In this document: in pieces, positions 20,049 to 27,745 of the stretch
How the letters are laid out: each line of letters opens with the position of its first letter
Position numbering within the stretch: position 1 is the first letter of the stretch
DNA from: a virus
Lineage: Duplodnaviria; Caudoviricetes
Direction: 5' to 3' (one strand)
IMG/VR virus record: IMGVR_UViG_3300028903_000001
Coordinates: 55,896-119,895 of that record
Length of the DNA stretch: 64,000 bases
Position numbers and translations under genes: made by a program
The notes under the pieces: generated by a model
The model's database searches: none
Told to the model about the DNA's origin: nothing
The model's input: the letters and a program-made list of their open reading frames with translations, nothing else

Positions 20049-20767
20049 TTACGTTACGACTTATACGAATTCATCCCCAGTGCTGCTCAGTACAATCGGA
20101 CTCTGGCTCGCCTTTCGGATCTGAGAGATCAATCCTCGCAGTTCTGGTTCGCCTAGCTCTGCTTTTACCACATGCTGAGCCTCCCTGACCCAGCTAAAGG
20201 AGTAGACCGGCCTTGCCACGACTCCCGAGCCTGTCGCCGTCCCATCGTATCGCTTGTCCACGCCTATCGGAGGCAAGCCGTCGTCGAGAATGCATGCTTT
20301 GGGGAACATGCCCATGGGCATCTTGAGCAGATCCGAGAGTTGAGACTCGAGCCCCATGGCGACGCTGGGACGCATCGCCCAGACATAGGGAGTGTTGACC
20401 CAGGATAGAAGCACCATTTGGCCGGAACGCTTCACGCTAATCATTCTGCCCGCCTTAGTTCGGTTTACTGCCAGGGTCTTCGTTGCGGTACGGTACACCG
20501 ATTGCTGGCGTGGCCCGCATATACACAACGAATAGCTTGTTCAGCGAGTCAATCATCACGGCTCGCTGCGTCTCTGTCATGTATCCGACAATCACTCCTA
20601 GTGCTGCTAGGCCCGCCATGTCTATGACGGAACCACGCCTGTCTTCAAACCTCCGTTTCGTTCGCTTGACGCTATAGCCGTGTCTCTTTAGGTACGCGAT
20701 GAGTAGCTTGTCTAACATGAATCCTCCATGTCCGCAAGATTTGGTCGCGGGGGGTAGGGGTCCAGGG

Positions 20768-21079
20768 TCAAATCTCGCGATCCGGCTCGTCACTCTCCTC
20801 GACAGCCTTCTGTACACCATGTATCGCGTGGATGCTAAGGTCGATTGTGGCCTTTTTGTAGCCGATCCGCTGCATCTGGGCCCGAATCTCCTCTATCTGC
20901 GCTGGTCCCAGTCTATGCCAGGGGAAAGAGACGAGATCTTCCGGCGCGCGAAGCAGGCGCGTCACCCGCAGCAGCGCGCTGCGCATGCTCGCCGCTCCGT
21001 TGCGGCTCAGTTTCCCGAGGTAGATTTCGACCTGGGACCGCTGGAGAGGTGACTTGACTCTGCGTCGTTTATCGGACAC
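20768..21079 (-). CDS. Stand-alone tyrosine-recombinase core-binding (SAM-like) domain
   Basis: YLGKLS...MRSAL...FPWHRL...IRAQM...KATIDLSIHAIHGV resembles integrase N-terminal domains; no catalytic domain follows. Confidence 0.55.
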   Translation of the reverse strand: MSDKRRRVKSPLQRSQVEIYLGKLSRNGAASMRSALLRVTRLLRAPEDLVSFPWHRLGPAQIEEIRAQMQRIGYKKATIDLSIHAIHGVQKAVEESDEPDREI

Positions 21080-21129
21080 AATAACGTCTCCTAGCTATCT
21101 GTCCGATAAGGGAGCATTATCGGACACAA
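21069..21129. promoter_or_regulatory. lox-like recombination/operator site
   Basis: TGTCCGATAA (21100-21109), 7-bp GGGAGCA, TTATCGGACA (21117-21126), plus a third arm TTATCGGACACAA at 21069-21081. Confidence 0.7.
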
Positions 21130-21148
21130 CCTCGTTTTGGAGTCTAGT

Positions 21149-22117
21149 ATGTCTAACACCTACATCGTAAAGCCTGACTCGAGCGCCGCGCTCGCGACCG
21201 ACCTCGAGGATCTTGCGGACCAGGCCAAGGACTTCATCAAAGCTTCGAAGTCGAAAGCGACGCGCACAGCTTACAGGTCGGACTTCGATGCCTTCACCTC
21301 GTGGTGCCGGGAACACGTTCTGGTGTCGATCCCGGCGAGACCCGAGACAGTGGCGATGTACGCCGCACACATGGCCCGCGAGGGGCTCGGCGTGTCGAGT
21401 GTCCAGCGAGCCATGGCGGCGATATCGCAGGCGCACAGAATGGCCGGAATCGAGTCGCCAACCCAGGCATCCGTGGTGAGGGAAACCGTCCGTGGCATCC
21501 GGCGCAGCCTCGGCGTGAAGCCGAACAAGAAGGCCCCCGTCACGATCGACGAGCTTCGAAAGATGGTCGCGACTCGCCCACAGACCCTGCTCGGCCTGCG
21601 AGACCGCGCGCTGCTTCTGCTCGGCTTCAGCGGCGCGTTTCGCCGCTCCGAGCTTGCCGCGCTCGACCATGCCGACCTGGATTTTGTCGCCGAGGGCGTC
21701 GTCGTCACGGTGCGTCGCAGCAAAACCGATCAGGAAGGCGAGGGGCTCGAGAAGGCGATTCCCTACGCCATGGACCAGACCATGTGCCCGGTCCTTACGC
21801 TTCAGTCCTGGCTCGACGCGGCTGGAACGAGTGATGGTCCCGTGTTTCCGAGCATCGATCGCGGCGACAACCTGTCTGGACGCATGAGCGACAGGGCCGT
21901 GGCAAGGACCGTGCAGAGAGCCGCGAGGCGCGTCGGTCTGGACCCGTCCAGATTCGCGGGGCACAGCCTCCGAGCCGGGTTTGCCACATCGGCCATTCTC
22001 GCCGGGAAATCGGAGGCAGATACGATGCGGCAGACCGGGCATAGGAGTATTGCCGTTTTCAGGGGTTATGTTCGAGTCGCTAATCTGTGGAAGAGTAATG
22101 CGTCTAAACTGCTTTGA
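21149..22117 (+). CDS. Tyrosine recombinase (Cre/Xer-like)
   Basis: FRRSEL (R), RSKTDQ (K), GHSLRAG (HxxR), TGHRS (H) and RGYVR (Y) are all intact. Confidence 0.95.
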   Translation: MSNTYIVKPDSSAALATDLEDLADQAKDFIKASKSKATRTAYRSDFDAFTSWCREHVLVSIPARPETVAMYAAHMAREGLGVSSVQRAMAAISQAHRMAGIESPTQASVVRETVRGIRRSLGVKPNKKAPVTIDELRKMVATRPQTLLGLRDRALLLLGFSGAFRRSELAALDHADLDFVAEGVVVTVRRSKTDQEGEGLEKAIPYAMDQTMCPVLTLQSWLDAAGTSDGPVFPSIDRGDNLSGRMSDRAVARTVQRAARRVGLDPSRFAGHSLRAGFATSAILAGKSEADTMRQTGHRSIAVFRGYVRVANLWKSNASKLL

Positions 22118-22162
22118 TGGGGCGCAGCTACCATACCACTGCCGCCGCCTGGGGGCTGGCCG

Positions 22163-23094
22163 GTCTCGACAAGCAAGATGTCGAGCTACTACTGCCACAC
22201 GGGATCCGTGTTTCCTAGTTGATCTGTCACTCATGGGTCTCGACAAGCAAGATGTCGAGCTACTACCGCTACACTCGTCAAGCAGTTGGGACCTTGAGTT
22301 GGAGTGGGAGTCTCGACAAGCAAGATGTCGAGCTACTACTGCTACACGCCAGATAGGCCTCAGCGCGATCGTCAAGACCAAGGTCTCGACAAACAAGATG
22401 TCGAGCTACTACCGCTACCGCTGATGCAGACAAGCGTTTGACTGCGGCAAAGGAGTCTCGACAAGCAAGATGTCGAGCTACTACCGCTACCGGCTCGTCG
22501 CTCCCAGGGCGCGGCGCAACCAGGCTTGACAGGTCACGGCTCGACCCTGGTCTCGACAAGCAAGATGTCGAGCTACTACCGCTACCGCGCCTCGGTGAGG
22601 TATTTGCGGGAGACGACGCCGGGTCTCGACAAGCAAGATGTCGAGCTACTACCGCTACGATGACGATGGGGCGCGTCGCCATCCGAGATTGCCGCATGTC
22701 TCGACAAGCAAGATGTCGAGCTACTACCGCTACTTAGAGACGTCTTCGCCTCGGGCGACCCGGAGAACGTCTCGACAAGCAAGATGTCGAGCTACTACCG
22801 CTACGACCGGGTTCGAATTTCGCATCGAGGGCACCTCTCTTGTCTCGACAAGCAAGATGTCGAGCTACTACCGCTACAGGACAAAAAGGGGCAACCGAAG
22901 CCGGCACACCCGCCGTCTCGACAAGCAAGATGTCGAGCTACTACCGCTACGTCGGGCAGGACGATCAAGATCCCATCGACGCGATTGTCTCGACAAGCAA
23001 GATGTCGAGCTACTACCGCTACCATCCCGCTACCCACCTGGAAGGCGCTCGGCGAAATGTCTCGACAAGCAAGATGTCGAGCTACTACCGCTAC
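22163..23094 (-). CRISPR. CRISPR array 1: 13 repeats, 12 spacers
   Basis: 36-bp repeat (+ strand GTCTCGACAAGCAAGATGTCGAGCTACTACCGCTAC) with unique 35-39 bp spacers and one of 59 bp. Variant repeats cluster at the low-coordinate (trailer) end. Confidence 0.97.
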
Positions 23095-23273
23095 GAGTCT
23101 GGCAGGACGCTCGCAATTTCGACGGGTTACAGCACGACTTGCGAGCGGTCCTCCAAGCCTACTGTCTCGGATCAATTTTCAACGACCAGGATCGGCGTAG
23201 TGCCGCAGATTCTACCTCATCTCTGAGGCTTTCGAGCGGTCCCAGCGGTTTCGGGACCACCCAGGCGCTCGCG
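23095..23273 (-). promoter_or_regulatory. CRISPR leader, copy 1
   Basis: 179 bp, 4 mismatches to 24527-24705; abuts the first repeat. Confidence 0.85.
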
Positions 23274-23843
23274 AAGCTTCTCGTTCTCCTTTTCCAAACT
23301 CCTGACCCTTGCCTTCAGTGTCTTGTTCTCAGCCCTAAGCTCCCTATTCTCCCTGGACAGTTTATCGAACAGGTTCTCCTTCTGGGGCTTGACCCTAACC
23401 TCGGGGACGTAGTGCTTTCGGACTATCGACGCTGCGCTCCACGAACTCGGCTCTTTACCATTCCTGACTCGAAACTCAATGAGTTCTGCCATGGCAGATC
23501 TTGTTGCCAGACCGTGTACGGATCTTGACGGAGCATCGGGAGGAATGATGAGCAACTTCTCTGCCGCAGGGATACCTATCTTACGAATGTTGTCAATGCC
23601 GCCACACAACTCGACACAAAGTTTGAATCTCGCAAACCTTGTTGGCTGGGCAAGGTCACTCACATGGAGCACCTCCACAAATGTGGCCCACCCATACCTA
23701 CCACCTACACCACTCTTCCATGCCGATTCGTTCTTTTCGAACCTGACGAGACCAGCCATGAAGTCAACCCCGGCCTCGGAGTATGCGGTCCTTAGCGCCT
23801 CGCACTCCTTTACGAGCGCATCAAATCTCTTCTTGGTCGCCAT
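23217..23843 (-). CDS. Unknown 208-aa protein between the two arrays, with C-terminal coiled coil
   Basis: GAGGTG RBS and ATG; heptad LSRENRELRAENKTLKARVRSLEKENEKL; the last codons run into leader copy 1. Confidence 0.75.
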   Translation of the reverse strand: MATKKRFDALVKECEALRTAYSEAGVDFMAGLVRFEKNESAWKSGVGGRYGWATFVEVLHVSDLAQPTRFARFKLCVELCGGIDNIRKIGIPAAEKLLIIPPDAPSRSVHGLATRSAMAELIEFRVRNGKEPSSWSAASIVRKHYVPEVRVKPQKENLFDKLSRENRELRAENKTLKARVRSLEKENEKLRERLGGPETAGTARKPQR

Positions 23844-23876
23844 GTCTCACCTCACTGTTATCTATCGACTACCTAG

Positions 23877-24526
23877 TGTCGAGCTACTACCGCTACAAAG
23901 TCGAATTGCGCGGAGATATCGTCCGTCGCGTGTCTCGACAAGCAAGATGTCGAGCTACTACCGCTACATCTCGCGTCATCGGCTTGCTGGCTCGGCAGTT
24001 CCACGCGGTGCTCCGTCTCGACAAGCAAGATGTCGAGCTACTACCGCTACGGTCTCCATATAGACCGGCACGAAATACGAATCGATGTCTCGACAAGCAA
24101 GATGTCGAGCTACTACCGCTACCGAATTCGGTCGATATCGGTGCGATTCTTGGCTGGCGTCTCGACAAGCAAGATGTCGAGCTACTACCGCTACCCCCAA
24201 GCTCACACCTGTTGCACAGACCGTGATGTTCGTCTCGACAAGCAAGATGTCGAGCTACTACCGCTACCTGGCGTCTCGACAAGCAAGATGTCGAGCTACT
24301 ACCGCTACAATGGGACAGACGAGGGCGGCAGGACGATGCAGCGGTCTCGACAAGCAAGATGTCGAGCTACTACCGCTACGATCGGATCGCGGAGGCCCGC
24401 GTCGCTGAGTGGTTGGCCGTCTCGACAAGCAAGATGTCGAGCTACTACCGCTACTGCGCTGGCCCGTGCCGTTGCGCAGTTTGACGCGCTGTCTCGACAA
24501 GCAAGATGTCGAGCTACTACCGCTAC
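23877..24526 (-). CRISPR. CRISPR array 2: 9 full repeats plus a degenerate terminal repeat, 9 spacers
   Basis: Same repeat at 23932, 24015, 24087, 24159, 24232, 24273, 24344, 24419 and 24491; half repeat at 23877-23896. Spacers are 35-39 bp plus one of 47 bp and one of 5 bp. Confidence 0.97.
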
Positions 24527-24705
24527 GGGTCTGGCAGGACGCTCGCAATTTCGACGGGTTACAGCACGACTTGCGAGCGGTCCTCCAAGCCCACTGTCTC
24601 GGATCAATTTTCAACGACCAGGATCGGCGTAGTGCCGCAGATTCGACCTCATCTCTGAGGCTTTCGAGCGGTCCCAGCGGTTTCGGAACCACCCAGGCGC
24701 TCGCG
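24527..24705 (-). promoter_or_regulatory. CRISPR leader, copy 2
   Basis: Lies between the cas12-like stop and array 2; duplicate of 23095-23273. Confidence 0.85.
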
Positions 24706-24706
24706 T

Positions 24707-26674
24707 TTACTCAGCCGCGACGGCGAGCATCTTCTCCTGTCTCCTGATGATTTCCAACACTTCGTTTTGCTTCCCGTCATCGTTGAGCATGTTCAACAAT
24801 CTAACGTGGAATGTATCACGAGTCAGTCCGCAATGCGAGCAGGAAAACATATGCGCCTTCACATCTTTATTTCCCTTCTCGAGTCTGCCGCACCTGGGGC
24901 ATCTCACTGAGCTATTCTCGACACTGACCTTCTCATAGAACACTCCCCTACCTCTGGCGGCATTCTTGATGCATTCGCGAAAGATGCCTGGGGCCACGAT
25001 CTGGAGATTGGACCTCGACTTTTGTCTCTGCCTCTTACCAATCTCGCCCTCGCTCTTCTCTTCCTCTTTCTCCTTCTCCACTATCTGCTTGAAGTTGGTG
25101 CCGTCCACAAGTATTCGGGAGTACGTCCTCGCCAATCTGGCCGCGACGTTTCGATACGCATTGTTTCTTCTGCGTTTCGCCGTTTCATGCATACCCCCCT
25201 CAAAACGGTACAGATGCAGGTTCTGCTTCCTCCATGCCATCATTCTCTCGTAAATCTCTGCGTCACCCTCGAATCGATTCTTCTCCCACGTCGTGACTAG
25301 ATTGGCAAGCCGCCTTGGAGCCCTCCACTTTTGCATGCGAGCTATCGCCTGCTTTGATGTCGGTGTTCCATCGACACTCTTATCCTCCTCGTCATCGATG
25401 TCTCTTGCCGTAGCATTTCGCATCCACGCTGGCAGCTTATCGATCATGCTGAGCCAAGAGACTAGCTCCTTCATCGCCTTGTTGAAGTTGTCGTCCCTGG
25501 TGCGTGAGATCTCTTCCTTCCTTCTGAAGCTGGCGAAGATTCCGCTCCTGCCGCCGTCGCTCTCCACGTTGTATGGGCTCTGCACGCATCCCTTCCCACA
25601 CTCGATCTTTTCAACGATCTTGTCTCGAGACAGATCAAACACTCCGGTCTCCCCGTCCTCCGAGAGCCAATGCGCGACCCTGATCTTGTTGCCTTCCACT
25701 GCCCGCCATCCCAGCACTACGGCAACCGTGCCCCCTGCGGGCAGTGGCGGCTTCTCCGATTGCTTGTCAAGCTCTACCGTGATCTCACAGGACCAGCGCA
25801 GGTCTGGACCCCGCCTTCGCCTGGTAACGGTTACCCAGGTGATTCTCGAATTCGGTGGCAGCGGCCTATGAAGTATCATCGGCCACTTGGCTACGATGTA
25901 TTCGCTCTTTCCCCTGGCGGTCCCGGCGACTGCCATGGTCAGAGTAGTCCTTGCCGCACGCCTCCTGTCGCACCGTCTTTCCGAGGTGAGCGCAACCGTG
26001 TCAACCGGATCGATGATAGCTCTATGGTCGTTGCTAAAAATGTCAAGAGGGATTTTGCCCTTGCCGCCCTGTATCTGCACCGACAAAGACCCCTCACCTT
26101 TCCACCGTTTGAATTCAGGGTTGTTGTCCTCCCTCCCTTCGTACATGGGGACCTTGGAACTCTCAAAGAATGCCTTGTCCACAAGTAACTTCGTGCCCCA
26201 GAAAGCCGGGGAGTCGTGACTGGCCTGTCTCCTCATCCTCGCCGCGATACCGTTGTTCGGTGTCTTGTCCGAAAAAGCTTCGGCTCTTGTCTTTTTCTTG
26301 CCAGTGCTTTCCTTGCCATTGATCTCGAGCATGCGGGCCTTTAGCGCTGGCGTGGCCCTCAACTCCTTGATCCTAGCAATGAGTTTGGCGATCTTTTCAT
26401 CAATCGCCTCAACCTTTTCCGCGAACTCTTTGCTGGACCTGTCCTTGTCCGACTTGCCCTTGTAGAGCTTAGCCTTTTCCACGCCCAGGTCTTTGATTTG
26501 ACCCAATAGCTCTCGGATGCCGTACTCGTCTTCCGCTGCCCGCTTCAGATCCCTGACCTTGCACTCCACGCTCACTAGCTCATTTCTGTACCTATGCGCG
26601 TGCCACAACTGCTCTTCCACCACATCCGCGTTAAAAACCGGAGGCAAGAGCCCATATTTCATCACCAATGGCAT
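24707..26674 (-). CDS. Type V CRISPR effector, Cas12m (V-U1)-like, predicted nuclease-dead (~655 aa)
   Basis: N-terminal KYGLLPP...EQLWHAHRYRNELV, LHRPLP, RuvC-I VAVVLGWR, RuvC-II ILVDGTN, CPRC/CSHC Zn finger, RuvC-III RDTF; directly upstream of leader and array. Confidence 0.85.
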   Translation of the reverse strand: MPLVMKYGLLPPVFNADVVEEQLWHAHRYRNELVSVECKVRDLKRAAEDEYGIRELLGQIKDLGVEKAKLYKGKSDKDRSSKEFAEKVEAIDEKIAKLIARIKELRATPALKARMLEINGKESTGKKKTRAEAFSDKTPNNGIAARMRRQASHDSPAFWGTKLLVDKAFFESSKVPMYEGREDNNPEFKRWKGEGSLSVQIQGGKGKIPLDIFSNDHRAIIDPVDTVALTSERRCDRRRAARTTLTMAVAGTARGKSEYIVAKWPMILHRPLPPNSRITWVTVTRRRRGPDLRWSCEITVELDKQSEKPPLPAGGTVAVVLGWRAVEGNKIRVAHWLSEDGETGVFDLSRDKIVEKIECGKGCVQSPYNVESDGGRSGIFASFRRKEEISRTRDDNFNKAMKELVSWLSMIDKLPAWMRNATARDIDDEEDKSVDGTPTSKQAIARMQKWRAPRRLANLVTTWEKNRFEGDAEIYERMMAWRKQNLHLYRFEGGMHETAKRRRNNAYRNVAARLARTYSRILVDGTNFKQIVEKEKEEEKSEGEIGKRQRQKSRSNLQIVAPGIFRECIKNAARGRGVFYEKVSVENSSVRCPRCGRLEKGNKDVKAHMFSCSHCGLTRDTFHVRLLNMLNDDGKQNEVLEIIRRQEKMLAVAAE

Positions 26675-26701
26675 CGTGTTCCCCTTTCTTCTCTGCGTCA
26701 T

Positions 26702-27055
26702 CTACTGTCGAGCTACTACTGCTACCTCGAACAACTCTCCGACCGTCACTCCGGTCGTATAGCTCTCATACCTCTCACCAACCTCTGTGAGACTAGCAAG
26801 TCTGATTCCTTTTGGCCACTCAATTGTTTCGAGCCGAAACGATTTCTCTACCCTCGCCCACTTGTACAGCGAGCCGTCGGGCCAGCTATACTGATGCCTG
26901 TACTCGATACCGTTTTGCTCCAGAGTGGACTCGACGAGACGCTCGGCTAGTGACAAAACGAAGTCAGCCCTCGCCTCTCTGCCCATTTCTTCGCGCCCAG
27001 CTATGTTGAACAGGCCACTGTAGCTAAAGCTCATCGAGTAGTATCTGTAACTCAT
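26702..27055 (-). CDS. Hypothetical protein whose last codons (VAVVARQ) are encoded by the half repeat
   Basis: ATGA overlap with the exonuclease stop; 117 aa. Confidence 0.55.
   Translation of the reverse strand: MSYRYYSMSFSYSGLFNIAGREEMGREARADFVLSLAERLVESTLEQNGIEYRHQYSWPDGSLYKWARVEKSFRLETIEWPKGIRLASLTEVGERYESYTTGVTVGELFEVAVVARQ
26706..26725 (-). repeat. Orphan half CRISPR repeat upstream of the effector gene
   Basis: TGTCGAGCTACTACTGCTAC, identical to the corresponding part of the repeat variant at 22310. Confidence 0.8.
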
Positions 27056-27735
27056 GCCAGCCTCACGACACGGAACGGCAGCTTCGCCGCATCGTCAATC
27101 GCCATCTTCCTGACCCAGCGCTTCTTGTCTCTCTCCCACCGGAAGCCCGCGTCCTTGGCAATGTCTCTGTCCTCGTAGGGAATCTTCGCTTCGAAAACAG
27201 CCTTGGGACGAAGACCTCGAGCGAGCAGTTCCGAGACGTCGTGGCCGAGTTCCGCGACCCTGGTCATGAGTCGCGCCAGCATGAAGCAGTCGCCCAGCGC
27301 ACGGTGCGGATCGACGACTCCGATCCCGTGGTCGAGACAGAGCGAGACGAGGCTCGAGCCGGGCCTTTGCTCGAGTGGCCACGTCACGTCGCCACACGTA
27401 TCGATCCACGGCACCTTCGCCGGAAACGTGTCGGGCACCCATTGCCGATCGAAGTCGGCGTTGTGGGCCAGCACGGCTTCACAGCCACCCGCTCTGACGC
27501 CGACCTCGCCCCAGACATACTCCGCGTCCATTCCACTGCTCTGCCTGAGCAGACCCACCGGAATATGGTTGACGCGCTCCGCGTCATTGCCGTCGCTGTG
27601 GATGAGGCTCGAGAAAGCCTCGACCATCGCGCGGTGCCTAATCGAGTAGACGATGCAGCCAACCTCGATGCATTTTGCGCCCTGCGCCGGATCGAGGCCC
27701 GTCGTCTCCGTGTCGAGTATGCATACTAGGTCCAT
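27052..27735 (-). CDS. DEDDh 3'-5' exonuclease (DnaQ-like)
   Basis: ILDTETTG, AHNADFD, HRALGD. Confidence 0.9.
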   Translation of the reverse strand: MDLVCILDTETTGLDPAQGAKCIEVGCIVYSIRHRAMVEAFSSLIHSDGNDAERVNHIPVGLLRQSSGMDAEYVWGEVGVRAGGCEAVLAHNADFDRQWVPDTFPAKVPWIDTCGDVTWPLEQRPGSSLVSLCLDHGIGVVDPHRALGDCFMLARLMTRVAELGHDVSELLARGLRPKAVFEAKIPYEDRDIAKDAGFRWERDKKRWVRKMAIDDAAKLPFRVVRLA

Positions 27736-27745
27736 GTCACTCCGA

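Noticed and set aside
22102-22139. Possible highly degenerate 14th repeat overlapping the recombinase stop
   Set aside because: Only scattered matches (GTCT, GATG, AGCTAC) and a short implied spacer, so it cannot be supported.
21981-24747. Many ORFs containing SRQARCRATTAT / VAVVARHLACRD / LDKQDVELLPL repeats
   Set aside because: They are translations of the CRISPR repeat, not genes.
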